Shown here piece by piece: positions 44,455 through 54,478 of a stretch of DNA of 64,000 nt. The number at the start of each line of letters is the position of its first letter. Within the stretch, counting starts at the first letter, position 1. Under the pieces are notes generated by a model that was not told the origin of the DNA, did no database searches, and saw nothing but the letters and a program-made list of their open reading frames with translations. The stretch covers positions 1,039 to 65,038 of the forward strand of contig CAJUEF010000007.1 in NCBI GenBank assembly GCA_910585035.1, in the 5' to 3' direction. The DNA is from an uncultured Christensenellaceae bacterium. GTDB taxonomy: Bacteria > Bacillota > Clostridia > Christensenellales > MGBC116941. A program made the position numbers and the translations under genes.

Positions 44455-45408
44455 TTATTCCTCACTCTTTTGAGGACGGCTAAAAAGCTTGCTTAAAACC
44501 TCTTCACCCTTGGCATTTTCGAATAAAATAGAATACACACTATGGCATATTGGCAGCTCAACATCATATTTTTTTGATAACACCTCAAGAGCTTTTGCAG
44601 TATAAACCCCCTCTGCCAACAGTCCATAGTCCTCCCCCTTTATAACTCGTTCTCCATATGCCCTGTTGTGGCTGAATTCGGAAAACACCGTTGCGCCGTA
44701 ATCTCCAAGATGGGAAAGCCCATAAGCACACATGCCGTCTCCGCCCATAGCTGTTATCAGCCTGTTTATCTCCCTTGTTCCCCTTGATATAAGCACGCCC
44801 TTTAAAGAACCAACGCCCAGCCCGTCCAGCATGCCTGAGGCAATGCCAATAACATTTTTGGTTGCTGCACCTATTTCATTTCCAATCATATCACTGCCGT
44901 AATAAAAGCGTATAAGATCACTGGAAAACAAATTAATAAGCCTGTTTTTTACATCATTGTCAAAGCTGTCAATAACCATGCAGTTAGGGCGTCCTTTTGT
45001 AAAGTCCTGCACATGCCCGGGGCCTACCCATATTGCCAGCTTGCATTTTGAATATTCTCCCACAATTTCACTAAGACGTTTACCGCTGCTCTCCTCAAGT
45101 CCTTTCATACACAGTACCAGAGTTTTGTCCTCAATTCCCTTTTCGGTAAGCTCCTTCATAAGTCCACGCAGCCCTTGGGCGTTTATTGATATAACTATAA
45201 TGTCAGAATTGGCAATCGTCCTTTCAATATCACTGCACATAGTTACATTATCATTTAAAGTTAAAAGCCTGTTTTTACGGGTGTCTTTAAGTTCGTTAAA
45301 ATCCTTTGAAGTTTCTCTGCCGTAAAGCAGCATGCTGTGTCCTATTTTGCCAAGATACCACGCAATAAACGTGCCCCATCTTCCGCAGCCTATAACTGAT
45401 ATATTCAA
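44455..45408 (-). CDS. gpsA: NAD(P)H-dependent glycerol-3-phosphate dehydrogenase
   Basis: ISVIGCGRWGT Rossmann motif plus a GpsA-like body. TTG start with AAGGAG 8 nt upstream. Confidence 0.85.
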   Translation of the reverse strand: MNISVIGCGRWGTFIAWYLGKIGHSMLLYGRETSKDFNELKDTRKNRLLTLNDNVTMCSDIERTIANSDIIVISINAQGLRGLMKELTEKGIEDKTLVLCMKGLEESSGKRLSEIVGEYSKCKLAIWVGPGHVQDFTKGRPNCMVIDSFDNDVKNRLINLFSSDLIRFYYGSDMIGNEIGAATKNVIGIASGMLDGLGVGSLKGVLISRGTREINRLITAMGGDGMCAYGLSHLGDYGATVFSEFSHNRAYGERVIKGEDYGLLAEGVYTAKALEVLSKKYDVELPICHSVYSILFENAKGEEVLSKLFSRPQKSEE

Positions 45409-45550
45409 AACTATCTCTCCTTAAACTTATTAACATTTATTTTATGAATAGTATACCCAACTAAATATCATAATTCAATAAAATAATTGAATTATGTCTA
45501 TTGACTATCTTTTTAACAAGTATTATAATTAAAACATTGAAAATAAATAG

Positions 45551-45571
45551 TAACAATTATTAATATTGTTG
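45551..45571. promoter_or_regulatory. Fur/PerR-box-like inverted repeat TAACAATTATTAATATTGTTG
   Basis: AACAAT-7 nt-ATTGTT, AT-rich, lying 16 nt upstream of the perR start. Confidence 0.45.
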
Positions 45572-45586
45572 ATGTGGTGGTATATT

Positions 45587-45970
45587 ATGAAATATTCAAA
45601 GCAAAGGGAGCTTATATATAATGCTTTGGCTGAAAACAAAATTCATCCCTCGGCAGATGAGATTTACAATATTTTAAAAAATGATCATCCGGCTCTTAGC
45701 CTTGCAACTGTATACAGAAATTTAAATCAGCTTGCAGAAAACCATGAAGTGCTTAAAGTGCAGATCCCCGGTCAAAAAGACAGGTTTGATTGCGATGTTC
45801 ATGAGCATTACCATTTTGTTTGTGAAAAATGCGGTAAAATCTTTGATATAAAAAAAGAATGTCTGCCAATGCCTAAAGGCTGCATTGTTGAAGGTCACAG
45901 AATATCCTCTTTGGACTTATCTATAAATGGTATTTGCAAAGAATGCGCTTCTTCTGAAAAAGATTACTAA
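45587..45970 (+). CDS. perR: Fur-family peroxide-responsive repressor (PerR-like)
   Basis: ..SLATVYRNL.. wHTH, HEHYHFVCEKCG and CKEC metal sites. Immediately upstream of rubrerythrin. Confidence 0.8.
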   Translation: MKYSKQRELIYNALAENKIHPSADEIYNILKNDHPALSLATVYRNLNQLAENHEVLKVQIPGQKDRFDCDVHEHYHFVCEKCGKIFDIKKECLPMPKGCIVEGHRISSLDLSINGICKECASSEKDY

Positions 45971-46003
45971 AAAATTATATATTATATTTAAGGAGTGATA
46001 TTA

Positions 46004-46546
46004 ATGGAATTAAAGGGTTCCAAGACAGAACAAAATTTGATGACAGCATTTGCAGGTGAGTCCCAAGCAAGAACTAAATACACCTACTATGCAGCAAAAG
46101 CTAAAAAAGAAGGATATGTGCACATTTCTAACATATTTATGGAAACTGCTGAAAATGAAAAAGAACATGCAAAACTTTGGTTTAAAGCCCTTCATAACGG
46201 TGAAGTGCCTGATACCATTACAAATCTTAAAGACGCTGCCGCAGGTGAAAATTATGAGTGGACTGACATGTATGCTGATTTCGCTAAAACAGCAAGAGAA
46301 GAAGGTTTTAACGCAATAGCCGCTCAAATGGACGGCGTTGCTGCAGTGGAAAAAGAACATGAAGAGAGATATCGCAGCCTTCTTAAGTCCATTGAAGACG
46401 GTACAGTATTTAAGAAAGAAAAGGAAATCGCTTGGAAGTGCCTTAACTGTGGTCATATCCACTTTGGCGCTCAGGCTCCTACTGCTTGCCCTGTTTGCGC
46501 TCATCCTCAGGCTTATTTTGAAGCTCTTCCTTGCAAAAGTAAATAA
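46004..46546 (+). CDS. rbr: Rubrerythrin
   Basis: N-terminal di-iron four-helix domain ([34 protein letters not shown]) and C-terminal rubredoxin CLNCG..CPVCAH. Confidence 0.92.
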   Translation: MELKGSKTEQNLMTAFAGESQARTKYTYYAAKAKKEGYVHISNIFMETAENEKEHAKLWFKALHNGEVPDTITNLKDAAAGENYEWTDMYADFAKTAREEGFNAIAAQMDGVAAVEKEHEERYRSLLKSIEDGTVFKKEKEIAWKCLNCGHIHFGAQAPTACPVCAHPQAYFEALPCKSK

Positions 46547-46602
46547 CAACTAGGTTAAATAAACATTTTAAATTTATATTTTTCGAGTTTAACGATTAAA
46601 TA

Positions 46603-46633
46603 AAAATCTCCCATGAATTTCATGGGAGATTTT
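46603..46633. terminator. Bidirectional terminator (perfect 15-bp stem)
   Basis: AAAATCTCCCATGAA-t-TTCATGGGAGATTTT between the convergent rbr and XRE genes. Confidence 0.8.
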
Positions 46634-46635
46634 TA

Positions 46636-46878
46636 TTATTGTATTTCCTGATCCAAACCATTGAATTCTTCTGAACTAAAAAATTCTGCCAGGGTTATTC
46701 CAAGTCCATCGCAGATAATTTTAATCGTTAAAATCTTTGGGTTTAAACTTTTGCCGTATACAATGTTTTTAATTGACGAAGCCGGCAAGCCGCAAAGAAT
46801 AGATAATCTATGTATAGTAATATCTTTCTTTCCGCAGAGTTCTAAAATCCTGTTCCTAATCGCAAGTGAAGTACTCAT
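46636..46878 (-). CDS. Small XRE-family HTH protein (80 aa)
   Basis: ..ITIHRLSILCGLPASSIKNIVYGKS.. HTH. AAGGAG RBS. Confidence 0.7.
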   Translation of the reverse strand: MSTSLAIRNRILELCGKKDITIHRLSILCGLPASSIKNIVYGKSLNPKILTIKIICDGLGITLAEFFSSEEFNGLDQEIQ

Positions 46879-47199
46879 ACTTATTCTCCTTATATTTTAT
46901 ATCTATAATAATAAACAATAATACATAATATTATGGGCTATGCGTAATACTATCGTTTATCTATAGCCTATAACTTCACCTTTATTAAAGCTTTTACAAT
47001 TTCTTTTAATTTTTGCTTTAACTGAAATAAGAAATTTATAATTTACAATATTAAAGTTATAGAATTCCCCAATGCTGACAGAATTTTAGTATTAAATAAT
47101 AAGAATAAACATGTAAAAAATAAAAAAGGAATTATTTACAATTATAATATTAAACACTCCAAATATCTATTAATTAACAAGTAGTTTATATAAAAGGGT

Positions 47200-47305
47200 G
47201 CTCACAAAAGCAAACGCTTTTGTAGGTAAAGGAGGAGCAAGAAAACGTGCGAATGCTTTTCTTTTTAAAATGAAAAGCGGAGCTAAGTTATCTTGCTCCG
47301 ACGCA
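47200..47305 (-). repeat. tRNA-3'-flank module T2, paralogue of 32852-32963
   Basis: Minus strand reads GCGTCGGAGC..GCTCCGC hairpin, GCTTTTC-N10-GAAAAGC hairpin, ATTCGCAC..TTGCTCCTCCTT, then ACAAAAGC-gttt-GCTTTTGT hairpin and CCCTTTTAT. Confidence 0.5.
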
Positions 47306-47321
47306 GCGGAGAAGGAGGGAT
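47306..47321 (-). repeat. 16-bp direct duplicate of the tRNA-Ser(GGA) 3' end (GCGGAGAAGGAGGGAT on the plus strand)
   Basis: Identical to 47432-47447 inside the tRNA, in the same orientation and 126 bp away. Confidence 0.7.
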
Positions 47322-47393
47322 AGTTCACACTTCGCCTCTCGTCTCGTGTATCACTAGAACCCTCTACGGCTTCGAATCCCCTACATCTGCATA

Positions 47394-47426
47394 AATAAAA
47401 AAGCTGCCTTATGGCAACTTTTTTAT
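47394..47426 (-). terminator. Intrinsic terminator downstream of tRNA-Ser(GGA)
   Basis: Minus strand AAGUUGCC-auaa-GGCAGCUU followed by UUUUUUAUUU. Closely resembles the terminator after tRNA-Ser(UGA). Confidence 0.75.
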
Positions 47427-47429
47427 TTA

Positions 47430-47521
47430 TGGCGGAGAAGGAGGGATTCGAACCCTCGAATCGCTCATCACGATTACACGATTTCCAATCGTGCGCGCTC
47501 GACCAACTACGCGACTTCTCC
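47430..47521 (-). tRNA. tRNA-Ser (anticodon GGA)
   Basis: Reverse complement is GGAGAAGTCGCGTAGTTGGTCGAGCGCG-CACGA-TTGGAAA-TCGTG-long variable arm-GAGGGTTCGAATCCCTC-CTTCTCCGCCA. Confidence 0.9.
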
Positions 47522-47606
47522 ACAAGTAAATTGGTAAATTATATTTTGGTATTAAATTTTGCTTTAAAGCATTACTAAATTATTATACATATTTAATTAA
47601 ATATTT

Positions 47607-48341
47607 TCAAGAGTTTTCCTCTATAAATTTATTAATTTTATTTATATATTGGCTTAAACCCTCTACAATGCATTCATGATGATCACCGGTTATTTCCACT
47701 TTTTCTTTAATTCCACTTCTTATTCCATTGTATATTATATCTGCACTTTCCGGTCTCACTGTATGGTCGTCTCTGGAAAATATAATCATTGCAGGAACAG
47801 TTACTTTATACAGGCTTTTTTTAACCATTTTTACGGCGCAAAGCAAATCTCCAACAGATTTACCATCCGCCTTGTAATAACGAAACATGTTTTCCTTACC
47901 ATCTGGTTTATTCATAGGGTAAAACATTTTTTTGCCAAACACGGAAAATATCTTTACTCGCCCATAATGATAAATTTTTATAGGAGCTGCAACAGTTATA
48001 ACCCCATCAGCTCTGCCCTGTTCTGCAGCCTGCAAAGACATTATTCCTCCTAAAGAATGACCCATGGCAAACACCTTTTTTATTCCCTTTTCTTTAAGCC
48101 TGTTTATTCCGTCTGTAACTGACATATACCACCCCTCTGGGCTGCCGTTTCTTAAACAGTCTTCAGAAATACCATGACCGGATAAAAGAGGTGCAAACAC
48201 GCTGTAACCATAATCATTAAGCTCTTTTGCTGCGCTGTGCATGTAACTTGGGGACGATGTAAAGCCATGGGTAATCACAACGCCAACGTCCCTTCTGCCT
48301 TCTAACATATATTCTTTTGCTCTTTCGTCTATATTTACCAT
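47607..48341 (-). CDS. Alpha/beta hydrolase (carboxylesterase/lysophospholipase-like)
   Basis: Nucleophile elbow GHSLGG and an HG oxyanion motif (VVITHGFTS). Confidence 0.75.
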   Translation of the reverse strand: MVNIDERAKEYMLEGRRDVGVVITHGFTSSPSYMHSAAKELNDYGYSVFAPLLSGHGISEDCLRNGSPEGWYMSVTDGINRLKEKGIKKVFAMGHSLGGIMSLQAAEQGRADGVITVAAPIKIYHYGRVKIFSVFGKKMFYPMNKPDGKENMFRYYKADGKSVGDLLCAVKMVKKSLYKVTVPAMIIFSRDDHTVRPESADIIYNGIRSGIKEKVEITGDHHECIVEGLSQYINKINKFIEENS

Positions 48342-48359
48342 AAACTAAAAAACCTTTTG

Positions 48360-48998
48360 TTAAATTTTATCTATTGCAATGTTTTTACCGATAATGCAGA
48401 GAATATCCCCTTCATTAATTGAAAAATCCGCCTGAGGAGACACAATAAACTCTTCATTTCTTCGAACACCAATAATATTAATTCCGTACTTGGTTCTGAA
48501 ATTTACGCCGCTTATGGTCTTATTTACCCATTCAGGCTTTGCCTCTATCTCTACCATCTGATGGTCGCTGGATAAAGCAATATAATCCACAATATTATTG
48601 TTGGCAATATGATGGGCAATTCTAACGCCCATTTCCTTCTCAACCAATACAACTCTGTCAACGCCAATTTTACGAAGAGCTTTTGCATGCAGCTCCGAGC
48701 TTGCCTTAGCCCACAAGCTTGATACATTGCAATCTTTACATATAATAGCACACATTATGCTGCTTTGAATGTCATTTCCTATTCCAATAATTACGCCGTC
48801 AAACTCTTCTATACCAAGCTCACGCACAGCGTCTTCATCAACAACGTCCGCAATGGCAACATGGGTCACATAATCTTGAATTGGAACAAGATGCTCCTCA
48901 TTAATATCTACAGCAAGCACCTCATTGCCCATATTTGCCAGTTCCACTGCTAAATTCTGGCCAAACCTTCCAAGTCCAAGTACTGCATATTTTTTCAT
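48360..48998 (-). CDS. ktrA: K+ uptake system NAD-binding subunit (KtrA/TrkA)
   Basis: VLGLGRFG Rossmann motif plus a C-terminal RCK_C domain. Start at the ATG 8 nt after AAGGAG. Confidence 0.85.
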   Translation of the reverse strand: MKKYAVLGLGRFGQNLAVELANMGNEVLAVDINEEHLVPIQDYVTHVAIADVVDEDAVRELGIEEFDGVIIGIGNDIQSSIMCAIICKDCNVSSLWAKASSELHAKALRKIGVDRVVLVEKEMGVRIAHHIANNNIVDYIALSSDHQMVEIEAKPEWVNKTISGVNFRTKYGINIIGVRRNEEFIVSPQADFSINEGDILCIIGKNIAIDKI

Positions 48999-49010
48999 TT
49001 TATTCACTCC

Positions 49011-50387
49011 TTAACCAATCATCATACTTGCTTCAACATTTTTAACAAGACGTTTTTTCTGCCTTGTACCCGCAAGAGCCATTGTTAAAGTTAGAGGACC
49101 GACTCGTCCTGCAAACATAGTTATTATAAGTATTATACGGCTAGCTACCGAAAGCCCCGGGGTTATTCCAACTGAAAGCCCTACTGTTCCAAAGGCAGAA
49201 AAGGCTTCAAACAAAATTGCATCAAAGGTTAATCCCTGTTCAAATATCATAATCATACTGCTGCATAAAAGCACAAACATGAAACTTATTGTGCATATTA
49301 CAAATGCCTTTATCGCCAGCACAACTGAAATTCTTCTGTATTTAAACTGAATATTCTCACCGCTTCCCTTTATTATAGAAGCACATGCCATAAGCATTAT
49401 ACAAAATGTTGTAGTCTTTATACCGCCGCCGGTGGATGCCGGTGAAGCTCCCACAAACATCAGCACCATAGAAAGCAGCTTGGAAGGCAATGTCATCGCA
49501 CCTTGGTCTATAGTATTAAAGCCTGCCGTTCTCGTTGTTACTGACTGGAACAAGGCAGCTAAAACCTTGGTTCCCATGCTCATATTTGGATCTCCAATAG
49601 TCTTTGAATTATTTGCTTCAAAAGCAAAAAAGCCGACTGTTCCCGCAACTATTAAAAAGAGCGTCATGCCTACTACAACTCTTGCCTGAAGGCTCAGCTT
49701 TTTATTTTTCTTGAAAGTCTTAATCTCATGAATAACTGCAAAACCTGTACCGCCAAGTATAATAAGTCCGGATATTGTAAGCACTATCAGAGGATCTCCT
49801 ACAAACTCTGTAATTGAAGAAAAGTTTCCGCTGTTAATATCAAATCCTGCGTTACAAAATGCAGACACCGCATGAAATATGCTAAAGAATCCTCCCTTTA
49901 ATGCACCGTACATAGGTATAAATCTAAATGACAAAAGCAGAGCGCCGGCACATTCAATTATAACAGTCATCTTAATTATATTTGCAACTGTGTTTGACAG
50001 ATAAGACATACTATCCTGATTTAAAGCCTCACGCATTAACAGCATATTTGATATAGACATTTTTCTTCGCAAAAACACATATATAACCGAAGCAAAAGTC
50101 ATTATTCCAAGACCGCCAAATTGTATCAGCATCATAATAACTATTTTCCCAAAAAGCGTAAATGTAGTTCCCGTGTCTACCACCACCAGTCCGGTAACGC
50201 ACACAGCAGACGTAGACGTAAAAAATGCGTTTACCAGCCCCAGGCTGCCTTCTTCCACAGTTGCTGCAGGCAGTGCCAAAAGAAGTCCTCCCGCTGTTAT
50301 AAGCAGGAAGAAAAATATCACCAGCACCTGTGAAGGTGTAAGCCTATTCTTTTTTCTAATATCTTTTTTAATAATTGCAGGCTCCAT
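49011..50387 (-). CDS. ktrB: K+ uptake system membrane subunit (KtrB/TrkH)
   Basis: Multi-TM protein with repeated selectivity-filter-like segments (..CVTGL.., ..FQSVTTRTAGFN.., ..GTVGLS..). Start moved to the ATG 5 nt after GAAGGGA. Confidence 0.85.
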   Translation of the reverse strand: MEPAIIKKDIRKKNRLTPSQVLVIFFFLLITAGGLLLALPAATVEEGSLGLVNAFFTSTSAVCVTGLVVVDTGTTFTLFGKIVIMMLIQFGGLGIMTFASVIYVFLRRKMSISNMLLMREALNQDSMSYLSNTVANIIKMTVIIECAGALLLSFRFIPMYGALKGGFFSIFHAVSAFCNAGFDINSGNFSSITEFVGDPLIVLTISGLIILGGTGFAVIHEIKTFKKNKKLSLQARVVVGMTLFLIVAGTVGFFAFEANNSKTIGDPNMSMGTKVLAALFQSVTTRTAGFNTIDQGAMTLPSKLLSMVLMFVGASPASTGGGIKTTTFCIMLMACASIIKGSGENIQFKYRRISVVLAIKAFVICTISFMFVLLCSSMIMIFEQGLTFDAILFEAFSAFGTVGLSVGITPGLSVASRIILIITMFAGRVGPLTLTMALAGTRQKKRLVKNVEASMMIG

Positions 50388-50420
50388 TTCGTTCCCTTCT
50401 AACAAATAAAATGATATATT

Positions 50421-50449
50421 AAAAGCACCTTAAAAGGTGCTTAATTTTT
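50421..50449 (-). terminator. Hairpin between SRP RNA and ktrB
   Basis: AAGCACCTT-aa-AAGGTGCTT followed on the minus strand by UUUAAUAU. Confidence 0.55.
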
Positions 50450-50453
50450 CAAA

Positions 50454-50730
50454 TGTCGTGCACCCGAAAATCGATAATAACAGCCGCTAAATAAAACAAA
50501 GGTTTAAAACTACTACTCGGTTGACCTGCGGCACACTTCCAAATCCGCTTAATGCTGCTTCCGTCAAGACCTGACATGGTTCACGGCAGGAAGTCGCACA
50601 GGGCCGAGTCATCAAACGCCTTAAATTAATCCTCGCTTAAAAACAGCTGCTAAACCTTAAATCGGGAATTAAACCCTGCTATAGCGGATTGCAGGTACAA
50701 GGAGCCGCTAATTCCCCGTCTAGCACGACA
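50454..50730 (-). ncRNA. ffs: Signal recognition particle RNA, large Bacillus-type (with Alu domain)
   Basis: Minus strand carries GCGGCTCCTTGTACCTGCAATCCGCTATAGCAGGG (Alu domain) and GTGAACCATGTCAGGTCTTGACGGAAGCAGCATTAAGCGG (domain IV). Both are near-matches to B. subtilis scRNA as I recall it. The termini pair as TGTCGTGC/GCACGACA. Confidence 0.85.
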
Positions 50731-50784
50731 AACTTTTATTCAGTATTAAATTTTACACTTGGTAATCGCATATTCATCACTTTA

Positions 50785-52074
<1,290 letters not shown>

Positions 52075-52180
52075 TTACACTCCAAAACTTAATTATGTTT
52101 CAATGTTTTGTAAAACCAAAAAGCTTTCTTTCCATTCCGGTTTTGCAAAACAATTACTACTTAAATACCAATATATCGTA

Positions 52181-53002
52181 TCACTTTCCATCTTCCAAGT
52201 CAATATTTTTTAAAATTTCATTGCACCATTTTTTACTATTGTTGAGTAATTCACTTTGTATACTGTTTATTATATTCAAATAAGCTCTATTATGAGAATT
52301 TGTGATAAGGCAAATTCCCTGAAACTGAAGTCTTGTTTTCCTTGCCATATTTTTGCCCACCAAATCCGCAATACCTGTCATATCCCCCTCAAGCACCTTT
52401 TGCTTGTTAAATTGAGGATAGGTCTTTATAACCCTCTTGCCGCAGTTATTAGGACAAACTTTTTGACAAATATCACAGCCAAGAAGAGTAGTTATTTTAT
52501 CTCTTCCTTCCGTGTCGTCTATAATATCCATTCTATGCCTGAGGCATCTGCATTTATCAACGCCTTTGCCAAGAGCATTCATGGGGCAAAGCATTTCACA
52601 TTTTCTGCAATTAATACATTTCTTGCCCTTTATTGCTTTATCTTCAATGGGTGCATCTGTTTCAATAACATGAACACAGAAAAGCGAGCCGCTTTCTTCA
52701 GTAAAAAATAAGTTATTGCGTCCTCTTAAAGCGCCACATTTTTCAAGTAGATTATCATATACAATTTTGTTCCTCACCTCTGCCGCATATCCAAGAGAGC
52801 ATATATATTCCCTAAGCTCCTTTGTGGCAAAATAAGCTTTATTGGAAGCAAAATAATAAGGAGACACTGAAAAGTTGTCCTCATCTTTTTCCGTATAATA
52901 TCCATAAGACATAAAAACAAGTAAATAAGCTTTGCTGTGTTCATGACACACGGCATATTCAGAAAAGCCCAGTTCTTTTATTTTATCTGCAATCTTTTTC
53001 AT
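52181..53002 (-). CDS. 4Fe-4S dicluster protein, short QueG-like (putative epoxyqueuosine reductase family)
   Basis: CINCRKCEMLCP and CDICQKVCP ferredoxin motifs. The N-terminal part resembles the QueG DUF1730 region. At 273 aa it is shorter than canonical QueG. Confidence 0.5.
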   Translation of the reverse strand: MKKIADKIKELGFSEYAVCHEHSKAYLLVFMSYGYYTEKDEDNFSVSPYYFASNKAYFATKELREYICSLGYAAEVRNKIVYDNLLEKCGALRGRNNLFFTEESGSLFCVHVIETDAPIEDKAIKGKKCINCRKCEMLCPMNALGKGVDKCRCLRHRMDIIDDTEGRDKITTLLGCDICQKVCPNNCGKRVIKTYPQFNKQKVLEGDMTGIADLVGKNMARKTRLQFQGICLITNSHNRAYLNIINSIQSELLNNSKKWCNEILKNIDLEDGK

Positions 53003-53057
53003 ACACTCATATTATACAGTATACATACAATAAAATAAATGAAAGGAGCTATTTATT

Positions 53058-53399
53058 ATGATAAATTACTGTAAAAGATGCGGTCATAATCCATGTATCT
53101 GTTTACATTCAAATATAGAAGCTAATTCATGTAATTCAAATTCAGCACGTGAACGCAGACAATCCAAGAACAATATAAAATCACAGTGTCAAAAGCCACC
53201 GTGTCCTGTAAGACCGTGCCCCACTCCTCCAATGAGCTGCGCAGAATCTGTAAAGCGCCTGCTGCTATACTATGTTTATTCTGATTTCCAATGCACGGTA
53301 TTTCCAAATACCTGCTGTAACTGGTATAAGCCTTATTATGGTGAAAGCCCGGCATTTCCCGTGCGCTATATTCTAAATCAAATGTGCAGGCGGCGATAA
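53058..53399 (+). CDS. Cys/Pro-rich hypothetical protein (113 aa)
   Basis: 15 Cys, including CKRCGHNPCIC and CQKPPCPVRPCPTPPMSC. No signal peptide seen. Confidence 0.5.
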   Translation: MINYCKRCGHNPCICLHSNIEANSCNSNSARERRQSKNNIKSQCQKPPCPVRPCPTPPMSCAESVKRLLLYYVYSDFQCTVFPNTCCNWYKPYYGESPAFPVRYILNQMCRRR

Positions 53400-53418
53400 T
53401 TTAATTACTTTAATTTCT

Positions 53419-53447
53419 GCTGTTTTTCTTTTAAAAAGAAAAACAGC
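53419..53447. repeat. Hairpin repeat element, copy E
   Basis: 14-bp perfect stem GCTGTTTTTCTTTT / AAAAGAAAAACAGC with flank ACAAAAACTTTACATACC. Lies 20 nt after the stop of the preceding gene. Confidence 0.75.
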
Positions 53448-53583
53448 ACAAAAACTTTACATACCATAAAAGCCGCCTTATTTTAAACGTTATATACCGC
53501 AGATTAATAAAAAAATTTTTAAAATTCCACACCTGTTTTACAGTTATATATTATAATTACAAGGAAATGTCTATTGAAAGAAG

Positions 53584-54348
53584 ATGATTACGTTTAAAAA
53601 TACACTGAAAATTATAGCTGCCATAAGTGTTTTTTCCCTTGTCTCCTGTAGTAAGCCTGACATGCCTAAAACGGAAAATTCTCTATCCATCGAAACCAAC
53701 TTACAGGAGCAAACAACTCAGCAAGAGCACACAGCAAAAGAGGATATACCTGATAAGGAGCGTACATATATTGCAGATGGTTTCTCGTTTGGACCTTTAA
53801 ATGAAACTATGATTAAACGGATAACAGGAGTGTCTTACCCAAAAACAGGCGCAAAAATATCCTTAGATAATTTAAGTTATATCCGGCTTTTGCACTATGA
53901 TTTTGAAGGCAACATTAGACAGGGAGAACTTATAATTAATAAAGCTCTGGCAAAGGAAGTCACCGAGATATTTTATAAGCTGTTTTTGGAAAAATATCCT
54001 CTTGCTTCCGTAAGGCTTATTGATGATTTTGATGCTGATGATGAGGCTTCCATGAACGCAAATAACACTTCAGCATTTAATTACCGTTTAATATCAGGCA
54101 GTAATAAACTGTCTAAACATGGCAGCGGCACAGCCATAGATATTAATCCCCTTTATAATCCATGCATTAACAAAAGTGGAAATGTTGAGCCGGCATCTGG
54201 AAAACCTTATACTGACAGAAGCAAAACCTTTGCAGGCAAAATAGATAAAAATGACCTTGCATATAAGCTTTTTAAAGAAGCAGGCTGGACATGGGGAGGA
54301 AACTGGTCCAGCCTTAAAGATTACCAGCATTTTGAAAAAGACATTTAG
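53584..54348 (+). CDS. M15-family zinc D-Ala-D-Ala carboxypeptidase-like lipoprotein
   Basis: Lipobox LVSC. SKHGSGTAIDINP and WGGNW..DYQHFE motifs (H-x6-D ... H). Confidence 0.75.
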   Translation: MITFKNTLKIIAAISVFSLVSCSKPDMPKTENSLSIETNLQEQTTQQEHTAKEDIPDKERTYIADGFSFGPLNETMIKRITGVSYPKTGAKISLDNLSYIRLLHYDFEGNIRQGELIINKALAKEVTEIFYKLFLEKYPLASVRLIDDFDADDEASMNANNTSAFNYRLISGSNKLSKHGSGTAIDINPLYNPCINKSGNVEPASGKPYTDRSKTFAGKIDKNDLAYKLFKEAGWTWGGNWSSLKDYQHFEKDI

Positions 54349-54382
54349 TACAGTGTAGCATTGCCCTTTTTATTGCTCTCTC

Positions 54383-54413
54383 TTACTTTTTCTTTTGAAA
54401 AAAGAAAAAGTAA
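54383..54413. repeat. Hairpin repeat element, copy F1
   Basis: 14-bp perfect stem TTACTTTTTCTTTT-gaa-AAAAGAAAAAGTAA with right flank CAAAAAGAAAACCTTG. Confidence 0.8.
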
Positions 54414-54478
54414 CAAAAAGAAAACCTTGTATATTATTTAAGGATTAATATCTTGCTTTGTAATTAAGTTTCTTTGGC

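Noticed and set aside
46010-46549. 179-aa antisense ORF spanning the whole rubrerythrin gene
   Set aside because: The sense strand encodes a textbook rubrerythrin with an RBS. The antisense product is low-complexity (Phe/Cys/Ser-rich) with no RBS. The same reasoning rejects the other overlapping or antisense track ORFs: 1805-2044; 3493-3954; 5226-7394 fragments; 15033-16752 fragments; 20794-21216; 23876-24215; 24927-25370; 29053-29607; 36587-36832; 38107-39730 fragments; 52256-52711; 55357-55668; 56669-58846 fragments; and 60403-61120.
47322-47395. Second tRNA or tmRNA-like gene (contains GGGGATTCGAAGCC and ends in a tRNA-Ser acceptor 3' strand)
   Set aside because: I could not find a complementary acceptor 5' strand, D-arm or anticodon arm by eye. 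The TTCGAA segment lacks a pairing T-stem. I kept it only as a possible decayed tRNA or att scar.
47170-47523. 117-aa ORF on the minus strand
   Set aside because: It overlaps tRNA-Ser(GGA), its terminator and the T2 repeat module, and it has no RBS. Spurious.
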